DNA from: Squalus acanthias
Taxonomy: Eukaryota
Direction: 5' to 3'
Assembly (NCBI GenBank): GCA_030390025.1
Contig: JASTWF010000034.1
Coordinates: 4,092,001 to 4,156,000 of the forward strand
Length of the DNA: 64,000 nt
The position numbers and the translations under genes were made by a program. Shown here piece after piece: positions 40,751-54,439 of this stretch. Within the stretch, counting starts at the first letter, position 1. The number at the start of each line of letters is the position of its first letter. A model generated the notes under the pieces. The model did no database searches, was not told where the DNA came from, and was given only the letters and a program-made list of their open reading frames with translations.

Positions 40751-40774
40751 TTTTCTATGTTTCTATGTTTCTAT
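40751..40774 (+). repeat. CR1 3' terminal 8-bp microsatellite tail (TTTCTATG)n
   Basis: ttttctatgtttctatgtttctat immediately before the satellite resumes. Confidence 0.9.
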
Positions 40775-43700
40775 AGCCTCTACAACGGGCAATAAAGTTA
40801 CAGTTAATTGTTAATTTCGACATAATGCCCTCTACACTGGGGAATAAAATTACAGTTAATCGTTAATTAAGACTTGATTCCCGGTATTCCAGGGAATGAA
40901 GTTACAGTTAATTGTTAATTTACACATGATACCTTCTACACTGGGGAACAAAGTTACAGTTAATTGTTAATTTAGACAGGATTCCCTCAAAAACGGGGAA
41001 TTAAGTTACAGTTAATTGTTAATTTAGACAGGATCCCCTCAACACCGGGGAATAAAGTTACAGTTAATTGTTAATTCAGACATGATTCCTGCTACATCGA
41101 GGAATAAAGTTACTGTTATATGTTGATTTGACACGATACCCTCTACATCAGTGAATATAGTTACCCTTAATATTTATTTTGACATGAAGCCCTCTACAAC
41201 GGTGAATAAAGTTACAGTTAATTGTTAATTTCGATATGATGCCCGATGCACCGGGGAATATAGTTACGTTTAATTGCTAATTTTGACATGATACCCTGTA
41301 TACCGGGGAATAAAGTTGCAGTTAATTGTTAATTTAGACATGATTCCCTGCACACCATAGAATAAAGTTACAGTCAATTGCTGATTTTCACATGATATCC
41401 TCTACACTTTGGAATAATGTTACAGTTAATTGTTAATTATGCCATGATGCCCGCTACATTGGGGAATAAATATAAATGTAATCTTTAATTTGTCATGAAA
41501 ACCTCTACACTGGGAATTAAGTTACAGTTGATTGATAATTTTACATGATACCCTCTACACCGGGGAATAAAGTAAAAGTTAATTGTTAATTTTGAAATGC
41601 TGCCCTCTACACCGGGGAGTAAAGTTACAGTTAATTGTTCATTTTATATGATGCCCTCTACACTGGGGAATAAAATTACAATTAATCGTTAATTAAGACA
41701 TGATTCCCGGTATTCCAGGGAATGAAGTTACAGTTAATTGTTAATTTACACATGATACCTTCTACACTGGGGAATAAAGTTACAGTTAATTGTTAATTTA
41801 GACAGGATTCCCTCAAAATCGGGGAATGAAGTTACAGTTAACTGTTAATTTAGACATGATTCCCTGCACACCACGGAATAAAGTTACAGTGAATTGCTAA
41901 TTTTCACATGATATCCTCTACACTTTGGAATAATGTTACAGTTAATTGTTAAATATGCCATGATGCCCGCTACATTGGGGAATAAATATAAATGTAATCT
42001 TTAATTTGTCATGAAAACCTCTACACTGGGAATTAAGTTACAGTTGATTGTTAATTTTACATGATAACCTCTACACCGGGGAATAAAGTTAAAGTTAATT
42101 GTTAATTTTGACATGCTGCCCTCTACACCGGGGAGTAAAGTTACACTTAATTGTTCATGTGATATGATATCCTCTACATCGGGAAATAAAGTTACAGTTA
42201 ATTGTTAATTTTATATGATGCCCTCAACACCGGAGAATAAAGTTGAAGTTAATTGTTAATCTGTCATGATACCCTATACACTGGGGAATAAAGTTACATG
42301 TAATTGTTAATTTGACATGATATCCTCTACACCGGGGAATAAAGTTACATTTAATTGTTCATGTGATATGATATCCTCTACATCGGGAAATAAAGTTACA
42401 GTTAATTGTTAATTTTATATGATGCCTTCAACACCGGAGAATAAAGTTGAAGTTAATTGTTAATCTGTCATGATACCCTCTACACCGGGCAATAAAGTTA
42501 CAGTTAATTGTTAATTTCGACATGATGCCCTCTACACTGGGGAATAAAATTACAGTTAATCGTTAATTAACACATGATTCCCGGTATTCCAGTGAATGAA
42601 GTTACAGTTAATTGTTAATTTACACATGATACCTTATACACTGGGGAATAAAGTTACAGTTAATTGTTAATTTAGACAGGATTCCCTCAAAAACGGGGAA
42701 TAAGTTACAGTTAATTGTTAATTCGACATGATATCCTCTGAACCAGGGATTAAGGTTACAGTTAATTGTTAACTTAAACATCATACACATCACACCGGGG
42801 AATGTAGTTACAGTTAATTGCAACTTTTGACATGATGCCCTCTACACCGGGGAAAGAAGTTACAGTTAATTGTTAATTTTGACATGATGCCCTCTACACC
42901 GGGGAGTGAAGTTACAGTTAATTGTTAATTTAGACAGGATTCCCTCAAAAACGGGGAATTAAGTTACAGTTAATTGTTAATTTAGACAGGATCCCCTCAA
43001 CACCGGGAAATAAAGTTACAGGTAATTGTTAATTCAGACATGATTCCTGCTACATCGAGGAATAAAGTTACTGTTATATGTTGATTTGACACGATACCCT
43101 CTACATCAGTGAATATAGTTACCCTTAATATTTATTTTGACATGAAGCCCTCTACAACGGTGAATAAAGTTACAGTTAATTGTTAATTTCGATATGATGC
43201 CCTATGCACCGGGGAATATAGTTACGTTTAATTGCTAATTTTGACATGATACCCTGTATACCGGGGAATAAAGTTACAGTTAATTGTTAATTTTCACATG
43301 ATATCCTCTACACTTTGGAATAATGTTACAGTTAATTGTTAATTATGCCATGATGCCCGCTACACTGGGGAATAAATATAAATGTAATCTTTAATTTGTC
43401 ATGAAAACCTCTACACTGGGAATTAAGTTACAGTTGATTGTTAATTTTACATGATACCCTCTGCACCGGGGAATCAAGTTAAAGTTGATTGTTAATTTTA
43501 CATGATACCTTCTGCACAGGGGAATAAATTTACAGTTAATTGTTAATGTAGACATGATTCCCTGCACACCGGGGTATAAAGTTGCAGTTAATTGTTAATT
43601 TAGAAATGATACCTTCTGAACAGGGGAATAAAGTGACACTTAATCGTTAATTTAGACATGATACCTTCTCAACAGGGGAATAAAGTTACACTTAATTGTT

Positions 43701-46700
43701 AATTTGGAAATGATAGCTTCTACACTGGTAAACAAAGTTACAGTTAATTGCTAATTTAGACAGGATACCCTCTACATCGGGAAATAAAGTTTCTGTTAAT
43801 TGTTAATTTGGCATCATAACCTCTACAGCGGAGAATAATTTTACAGTTAATTGTTAATTTAGACATGATACCCACTACAATGCGGAATAAAGTTACAGTT
43901 ATTTATTAATTTTTACATTATGCCCTCTATACCGGTGAATAAAGTTACAGTAAATTGTTAATTTGACATCATAACCTCTACACCGGCGTATAATTTTACA
44001 GTTAATTGTTAATTTAGACATGATATCCTCTACAGCACAGAATAAAGTCACAGTTATTTTTTTATTTGGCATGATATCCTGTACACAAGAGAACAATTTT
44101 ACAGTTAATTTTTAATTGACATAAAATCCTCTGCACCGGGGAATTAAGTTAATTTAATTGTTAATTTGAAATGATATACTCTACACTGGGTAAAAAAGTT
44201 ACGGTTAATTGTTAATTTAGACATGATACCCACTACAATGCGGGATAATGATGCAACTAATTGTTAATTTTTACATGATGCCCTCTACACCGGGGGATAA
44301 AGTTACAGTGAATTGTTAATTTGATATGATACCCTCTACACCGGGAAATAAAGTTACAGTTAATTGTTAATTTTTCATGATGTCCTCAACACTCTGAAAT
44401 AAAGTTACAGTTAATTGTTAATTTAGACATGATACCGTGTACACCAGAAAATAAACTTACTGTTAATTGTTGAATTTACATGATACCCTCTACACTGTGG
44501 AATAAAATTACAGTCAATAATCTCTACACTGGGGAATAATGATACATTTAATTTGAAATGGAACCCTCTACACTGAGAAATAAAGTTACAGTTAATTGTT
44601 GATTTGATATGATACACTCTGCACCGTGGAATATAGTTACAGTTAATTGCTAATTTTGACATAATAACCTTCACACCGAGGAATAAAGTTACAGATAATT
44701 GTTAATTTTGACATAATGCCCTCTACACCGGGGAATAAGTTACAGTTAATTGTTATTTATACATGATATCCTCTAAACCAGGGATTAAGGTTACAGTTAA
44801 TTGTTAACTTAAACATCAGACACATCACACCGGGGAATATAGTTAGAATTAATTGCAAATTTTGACATGATGCCCTCTACACCGGGGAAAGAAGTTACAG
44901 TTAATTGTTAATTTTAACATGATGCCCTCTACACCGGGGAGTAAAATTACAGTTAATTGTGCATTTGATATGATACCCTCTACATCGGGAAATAAAGTTA
45001 CAGTTAATTGTTAATTTTATATGATGCCCTCAACACCGGAGAATAAAGTTGAAGTTAATTGTTAATCTGTAATGATACCCTATACACTGGGGAATAAAGT
45101 TACATGTAATTGTTAATTTGACATGATATCCTCTACACCGGGGAATAAATTTACATTTAATTGTTAATTTATACATGCCACCCTCTGGACCAGACAATAA
45201 AGTTACAGGTAATTGTTGAATTTACATGATACCCTCTACACCGGGGAATAAAGTAAAAGTTAATTTTTTTATCATGATAATCTCTACACAGAGGAATAAA
45301 GATACAGTTAATTTGAAATGATACCCTCTACACCGAGGAATAAAGTTACAGTTAATTGTTAAATTAATATGAAGCCCTCGACACCGGGGAATAAAGATAT
45401 AGTTAATTGTTAACATCGACATGATAACCTCGACACCGGGAAATAAAGTAACAGTTAATTGTTAATTTGACATGATGCCCTCTACACTGGGGAATAAAAT
45501 TACAGTTAATCGTTAATTAAGACATGATTCCCGGTATTCCAGGGAATGAAGTTACAGTTAATTGTTAATTTACACATGATACCTTCTACAGTGGGGAATA
45601 AAGTTACAGCTAATTGTTAAGTTCGACAGGATTCCCTCAAAAACGGGGAATTACGTTACAGTTAATTGTTAATTTAGACAGGATCCCCTCAACACCGGGG
45701 AATAAAGTTACAGGTAATTGTTAATTTAGAAATGATTCCTGCTACATCGAGGAATAAAGTTACTGTTATATGTTGATTTGACACGATACCCTCTACATCA
45801 GTGAATATAGTTACCCTTAATATTTATTTTGACATGAAGCCCTCTACAACGGTGAATAAAGTTACAGTTAATTGTTAATTTCGATATGATGCCCTATGCA
45901 CCGGGGAATATAGTTATGTTTAATTGCTAATTTTGACATGATACCCTGCACACCATAGAATAAAGTTACAGTCAATTGCTAATTTTCACATGATATCCTC
46001 TACACTTTGGAATAATGTTACAGTTAATTGTTAATTATGCCATGATGCCCGCTACACTGGGGAATAAATATAAATGTAATCTTTAATTTGTCATGAAAAC
46101 CTCTACACTGGGAATTAAGTTACAGTTGATTGTTAATTTTACATGATACCCTCTGCACCGGGGAATAAAGTTAAAGTTGATTGTTAATTTTACATGCTAC
46201 CTTCTGCACAGGGGAATAAATTTACAGTTAATTGTTAATGTAGACATGATTCCCTGCACGCCGGGGAATAAAGTTGCAGTTAATTGTTAATTTAGAAATG
46301 ATACCTTCTGAACAGGGGAATAAAGTGACACTTAATCGTTAATTTAGACATGATACCTCCTCAACAGAGGAATAAAGTTACACTTAATAGTTAATTTAGA
46401 CATGATAACTTCTACACTGGTGAACAAAGTTACAGTTAATTGCTAATTTTGACATGATACCCTGTATACCGGGGAATAAAGTTACAGTTCATTGTTAATT
46501 TACACATGATACCTTCGACACTGGGGAATAAATTTACAGTTAATTGTTCATTTAGACAGGATTCCCTCAACACCGGGGATTAAAGTTACAGTTAATTGTT
46601 AATTTTGACATGATTCCTGCTACATCGAGGAATAAAGTTACTGTTATATGTTGATTTGACACGATACCCTCTACATCAGTGAATATAGTTACCCTTAATA

Positions 46701-49700
46701 TTTATTTTGACACGAAGCCCTCTACAACGGTGAATAAAGTTACAGTTAATTGTTAATTTGGATATGATGCCCTATGCACCGGGCAATATAGTTACGTTTA
46801 ATTGCTAATTTTGACATGATACCCTGTATACCGGTAAAAAGTTACAGTTAATTGTTAATTTAGACATGATTCCCTGCACACCATAGAATAAAGTTACAGT
46901 GAATTGCTAATGTTCACATGATATCCTCTACACTTTGGAATAATGTTACAGTTAATTGTTAATTATGCCATGATGCCCGCTACACTGGGGAATAAATATA
47001 AATGTAATCTTTAATTTGTCATGAAAACCTCTACACTGGGAATTAAGTTACAGTTGATTGTAAATTTTACATGATGCCCTCAACACCGGAGAATAAGGTT
47101 GAAGTTAATTGTTAATCTGTCATGATACCCTCTACACAGGGCAATAAAGTTACAGTTAATTGTTAATTTCGACATGATGCCCTCTACACTGGGGAATAAA
47201 ATTACAGTTAATCGTTAATAAAGACATGATTCCCGGTATTCCAGGGAATGAGGTTACAGTTAATTGTTAATTTACACATGATACCTTCTACACTGGGGAA
47301 TAAAGTTACAGTTAATTGTTAATTTAGACAGGATTCCCTCAAAAACGGGGAATTAAGTTACAGTTAATTGTTAATTTAGACAGGATCCCTTCAACACCGG
47401 GGAATAAAGTTACAGGGAATTGTTAATTTAGACATGATTCCTGCTACATCGAGGAATAAAGTTACTGTTATATGTTGATTTGACACGATACTCTCTACAT
47501 CAGTGAATATAGTTACCCTTAATATTTATTTTGACATGAAACCCTCGACAACGGTGAATAAAGTTACAGTTAATTGTTAATTTCGATATGATGCCCTATG
47601 CACCAGGGAATATAGTTACGTTTAATTGCTAATTTTGACATGATACCCTGTATACCGGGGAATAAAGTTACAGTTAATTGTTAATTTAGACATGATTCCC
47701 TGCACACCATAGAATAAAGTTACAGTCAATTGCTAATTTTCACATGATATCCTCTACACTTTGGAATAATGTTACAGTTAATTGTTAATTATGCCATGAT
47801 GCCCGCTACACTGGGGAATAAATATAAATGTAATCTTTAATTGGTCATGAAAACCTCTACACTGGGAATTAAGTTACAGTTGATTGTTAATTTTACATGA
47901 TACCCTCTACACCGGGGAATAAAGTTAAAGTTAATTGTTAATTTTGACATGCTGCCCTCTACACTGGGGAGTAAAGTTACAGTTAATTGTTCATTTGATA
48001 TGATACCCTCTACATCGAGAAATAAAGTTACAGTTAATTGTTAATTTTATATGATGCCCTCAACACCGTAGAATAAAGTAAAAGTTAATTGTTAATCTGT
48101 CATGATACCCTCTACACCGGGCAATAAAGTTACAGTTAATTGTTAATTTCGGCATGATGCCCTCTACACTGGGGAATAAATTACAGTTAATCTTTAATTA
48201 AGACATGATTCCCGGTATTCCAGGGAATGAAGTTACAGTTAATTGTTAATTTACACATGATACCTTCTACACTGGGGAATAAAGTTACAGTTAATTGATA
48301 ATTTAGACAGGATTCCCTCAAAAACGGGGAATTACGTTACAGTTAATTGTTAATTTAGACAGGATCCCCTCAACACCGGGGAATAAAGTTCCAGGTAATT
48401 GTTAATTTAGAAATGATTCCTGCTACATCGAGGAATAAAGTTACTGTTATATGTTGATTTGACACGATACCCTCTACATCAGTGAATATAGTTACCCTTA
48501 ATATTTATTTTGACATGAAGCCCTCTACAACGGTGAATAAAGTTACAGTTAATTGTTAATTTCGATATGATGCCCTATGCACCGGGGAATATAGTTATGT
48601 TTAATTGCTAATTTTGACATGATACCCTGCACACCATAGAATAAAGTTACAGTCAATTGCTAATTTTCACTTGATTTCCTCTACACTTTGGAATAATGTT
48701 ACAGTTAATTGTTAATTATGCCATGATGCCCGCTACACTGGGGAATAAATATAAATGTAATCTTTAATTTGTCATGAAAACCTCTACACTGGGAATTAAG
48801 TTACAGTTGATTGTTAATTTTACATGATACCCTCTACACCGGGGAATAAAGTTAAAGTTGATTGTTAATTTTACATGCTACCTTCTGCACAGGGGAATAA
48901 ATTTACAGTTAACTGTTAATGTAGACATGATTCCCTGCACGCCGGGGAATAAAGTTGCAGTTAATTGTTAATTTAGAAATGATACCTTCTCAACAGGGGA
49001 ATAAAGTGACACTTAATCGTTAATTTAGACATGATACCTTCTCAACAGAGGAATAAAGTTACACTTAATAGTTAATTTAGACATGATAACTTCTACACTG
49101 GTGAACAAAGTTACAGTTAATTGCTAATTTTGACATGATACCCTGTATACCGGGGAATAAAGTTACAGTTAATTGTTAATTTAGACAGGATTCCCTCAAC
49201 ACCGGGGATTAAAGTTACAGTTAATTGTTAATTTTGACATGATTCCTGCTACATCGAGGAATAAAGTTACTGTTATATGTTGATTTGACACGATACCCTC
49301 TACATCAGTGAATATAGTTACCCTTAATATTTATTTTGACACGAAGCCCTCTACAACGGTGAATAAAGTTACAGTTAATTGTTAATTTGGATATGATGCC
49401 CTATGCACCGGGCAATATAGTTACGTTTAATTGCTAATTTTGACATGATACCCTGTATACCGGGGAATAAAGTTACAGTTAATTGTTAATTTAGACATGA
49501 TTCCCTGCACACCATAGAATAAAGTTACAGTGAATTGCTAATTTTCACATGATATCCTCTACACTTTGGAATAATGTTACAGTTAATTGTTAATTATGCC
49601 ATGATGCCCGCTACACTGGGGAATAAATATAAATGTAATCTTTAATTTGTCATGAAAACCTCTACACTGGGAATTAAGTTACAGTTGATTGTTAATTTTA

Positions 49701-52700
49701 CATGATACCCTCTACACCGGGGAATAAAGTTAAAGTTAATTGTTAATTTTGACATGCTGCCCTCTACACCGGGGAGTAAAGTTACAGTTAATTGTTCATT
49801 TTATATGATGCCCTCAACACCGGAGAATAAGGTTGAAGTTAATTGTTAATCTGTCATGATACCCTCTACACAGGGCAATAAAGTTACAGTTAATTGTTAA
49901 TTTCGACATGATGCCCTCTACACTGGGGAATAAAATTACAGTTAATCGTTAATAAAGACATGATTCCCGGTATTCCAGGGAATGAAGTTACAGTTAATTG
50001 TTAATTTACACATGATACCTTCTACACTGGGGAATAAAGTTACAGTTAATTGTTAATTTAGACAGGATTCCCTCAAAAACGGGGAATTAAGTTACAGTTA
50101 ATTGTTAATTTAGACAGGATCCCTTCAACACCGGGGAATAAAGTTACAGGGAATTGTTAATTTAGACATGATTCCTGCTACATCGAGGAATAAAGTTACT
50201 GTTATATGTTGATTTGACACGATACTCTCTACATCAGTGAATATAGTTACCCTTAATATTTATTTTGACATGAAACCCTCGACAACGGTGAATAAAGTTA
50301 CAGTTAATTGTTAATTTCGATATGATGCCCTATGCACCAGGGAATATAGTTACGTTTAATTGCTAATTTTGAAATGATACCCTGTATACCGGGGAATAAA
50401 GTTACAGTTAATTGTTAATTTAGACATGATTCCCTGCACACCATAGAATAAAGTTACAGTCAATTGCTAATTTTCACATGATATCCTCTACACTTTGGAA
50501 TAATGTTACAGTTAATTGTTAATTATGCCATGATGCCCGCTACACTGGGGAATAAATATAAATGTAATCTTTAATTGGTCATGAAAATCTCTACACTGGG
50601 AATTAAGTTACAGTTGATTGTTAATTTTACATGATACCCTCTACACCGGGGAATAAAGTTAAAGTTAATTGTTAATTTTGACATGCTGCCCTCTACACTG
50701 GGGAGTAAAGTTACAGTTAATTGTTCATTTGATATGATACCCTCTACATCGAGAAATAAAGTTACAGTTAATTGTTAATTTTATATGATGCCCTCAACAC
50801 CGTAGAATAAAGTAAAAGTTAATTGTTAATCTGTCATGATACCCTCTACACCGGGCAATAAAGTTACAGTTAATTGTTAATTTCGGCATGATGCCCTCTA
50901 CACTGGGGAATAAAATTACAGTTAATCTTTAATTAAGACATGATTCCCGGTATTCCAGGGAATGAAGTTACAGTTAATTGTTAATTTACACATGATACCT
51001 TCTACACTGGGGAATAAAGTTACAGTTAATTGATAATTTAGACAGGATTCCCTCAAAAACGGGGAATTAAGTTACAGTTAATTGTTAATTTAGACAGGAT
51101 CCCCTCAAAAACGGGGAATTAAGTTACAGTTGATTGTTAATTTTACATGATACCCTCTACACCGGAGAATAAAGTTAAAGTTGATTGTTAATTTTACATG
51201 ATACCTTCTGCACAGGGGAATAAATTTACAGTTAATTGTTAATGTAGGCATGATTCCCTGCACACCGGGGAATAAATTTGCAGTTAATTGTTAATTTAGA
51301 AATGATACCTTCTCAACAGGGGAATAAAGTGACACTTAATTGTTAATTTAGACATGATACCTTCTCAACAGGGGAATAAAGTGACACTTAATTGTTAATT
51401 TAGACATGATACCTTCTCAACAGGGGAATAAAGTTACACTTAATTGTTAATTTAGACATGATAACTTCTACACTGGTGAAAAAAGTTACAGTTAATTGCT
51501 AATTTAGACAGGATACCCTCTACATCGGGGAATAAAGTTACTGTTAATTGTTAATTTGGCATCATAACCTCTACAGCGGAGAATAATTTTACAGTTAATT
51601 GTTAATTTAGACATGATATCCTCTACAGCACAGAATAAAGTCACAGTTATTTTTTAATTTGGCATGATATCCTGTACACAAGAGAACAATTTTACAGTTA
51701 ATTTTAAATTGACATAATATCCTCTACACCGGCGAATAAAGTTAATTTAATTGTTAATTTGGCATGATATACTCTACACTGGGGAAAAAAGTTACTTTTA
51801 ATTCTTAATTTAGACATGATACCCACTACAATGCGGAATAATGTTACAGTTAATTATTAATTTTTACATGATGCCCTCTATACCGGTGAATAAAGTTACA
51901 GTAAATTGTTAATTTGGCATCATAACCTCTACACCGGAGAATAATTTTACAGTTAATTGTTAATTTAGACATGATATCCTCTACAGCACAGAATAAAGTC
52001 ACAGTTAATTTTTTATTTGGCATGATATCCTGTACACAAGAGAACAATTTTACAGTTAATTTTTAATTGACATAATATCCTCTACACCGGGGAATAAAGT
52101 TAATTTAATTGTTAATTTGACATGATATACACTACACTGGGTAAAAAAGTTACGGTTAATTGTTAATTTAGACATGATACCCACTACAATGCGGGATAAT
52201 GATGCAACTAATTGTTAATTTTTACATGATGCTCTCTACACCGGGGTTAAAGTTACAGTAAATTGTTAATTTGATATGATACCCTCTACACCGGGAAATA
52301 AAGTTACAGTTAATTGTTAATTTAGACATGATGCCCTGTACACCAGAGAATAAACTTACTGTTAATTGTTAAATTTACATGATACCCTCTACACCGTGGA
52401 ATAAAATTACAGTCAATAATCTCTACACTGGGGAATAATGATACATTTAATTTGAAATGGAACCCTCTACACTGAGAAATAAAGTTACAGTTAATTGTCA
52501 ATTTGATATGATACACTCTGCACCGTGGAATATAGTTACAGTTAATTGCTAATTTTGACATAATATCCTTTACACCGAGGAATAAATTTACAGTTAATTG
52601 TTAATTTTGACATAATGCCCTCTACACCGGGGAATAAGTTACAGTTAATTGTTATTTAGACATGATATCCTCTAAACCAGGGATTCAGGTTACAGTTAAT

Positions 52701-54439
52701 TGTTAACTTAAACATCATACACATCAAACCGGGGAATATAGTTACAGTTAATTGCAAATTTTGACATGATGCCCTCTACACCGGGGAAAGAAGTTACAGT
52801 TAATTGTTAATTTTAACATGATGCCCTCTACACCGGGGAGTAAAGTTACAGTTAATTGTGCATTTGATATGATACCCTCTACATCGGGAAATAAAGTTAC
52901 AGTTAATTCTTAATTTTATATGATGCCCTCAACACCGGAGAATAAAGTTGAAGTTAATTGTTAATCTGTCATGATACCCTATACACTGGGGAATAAAGTT
53001 ACATGTAATTGTTAATTTGACATGATATTCTCTACACCGGGGAATAAAGTTACATTTAATTGTTAATTTATACATGCCACCCTCTGGACCAGAGAATAAC
53101 GTTACAGGTAATTGTTGAATTTACATGATACCCTCTACACCGGGGAATAAAGTAAAAGTGATTTTTTTTATCATGATAATCTCTACACAGAGGAATAAAG
53201 ATACAGTTAATTTGAAATGATACCGTCTACACCGGGGAATAAAGTTACAGTTAATTGTTAAATTAATATGAAGCCCTCGACACCGGGGAATAAAGATACA
53301 GTTAATTGTTATTATAGACATGATAACCTCGACACCGGGAAATAAAGTAACAGTTAATTGTTAATTTGACATGATGCCCTCCAAACGGGAGAATAAAGTT
53401 ACTGTTAATTTTTAATTTGCCATTATGCCCTCTACACCGGGCAATAAAGTTACAGTTAATTGTTAATTTCAACATGATCCCCTCTACACTGGGGAATAAA
53501 ATTACAGTTAATCGTTAATTAAGACATGATTCCCGGTATTCCAGGGAATGAAGTTACAGTTAATTGCTAATTTACACATGATACCTTCTACACTGGGGAA
53601 TAAAGTTACAGTTAATTGTTAATTTCGACAGGATTCCCTCAAAAACGGGGAATTACGTTACAGTTAATTGTTAATTTAGACAGGATCCCCTCAACACCGG
53701 GGAATAAAGTTACAGTAATTGTTAATTTAGACATGATTCCTGCTACATCGAGGAATAAAGTTACTGTTATATGTTGATTTGACACGATACCCTCTACATC
53801 AGTGAATATAGTTACCCTTAATATTTATTTTGACATGAAGCCCTCTACAACGGTGAATAAAGTTACAGTTAATTGTTAATTTCGATATGATGCCCTATTC
53901 ACCGGGGAATATAGTTACGTTTAATTGCTAATTTTGACATGATACCCTGTATACCGGGGAATAAAGTTACAGTTAATTGTTAATTTAGACATGATTCCCT
54001 GCACACCATAGAATAAAGTTACAGTCAATTGCTAATTTTCACATGATATCCTCTACACTTTGGAATAATGTTACAGTTAATTGTTAATTATGCCATGATG
54101 CCCGCTACACTGGGGAATAAATATAAATGTAATCTTTAATTTGTCATGAAAACCTCTACACTGGGAATTAAGTTACAGTTGATTTTTAATTTTACATGAT
54201 ACACTCTACAGCGGGGAATAAAGTTAAAGTTGATTGTTAATTTTACATGATACCTTCTGCAAAGGGGAATAAAGTTACAGTTAATTGTTAATGTAGACAT
54301 GATTCCCTGCACACCGGGGAATAAAGTTGCAGTTAATTGTTAATTTAGACATGATTCCCTCCACACCATGGAATAAAGTTTCAGTCAATTGCTAATTTTG
54401 ACAAGATACCCTCTGCACTGTGGAATAATGTTACAGTTA

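Larger units (their letters stand above)
37047..40774 (+). mobile_element. CR1-clade non-LTR retrotransposon (LINE), 5'-truncated, about 3.73 kb
   Basis: Contains an ORF1 remnant, a full ORF2, a short 3' UTR and a (TTTCTATG)n tail. Junctions with satellite are sharp on both sides and there is no TSD. Confidence 0.96.
33700..54200 (+). repeat. Domain dominated by a ~980 bp (about 19-monomer) higher-order repeat and its derivatives
   Basis: The marker cccggTATTCCAG recurs at ~33821, 34801, 35783, 40885, 41711, 42585, 45535, 47237, 48216, 49971, 50951 and 53537. Four of the spacings are 979-982 bp. Confidence 0.82.
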
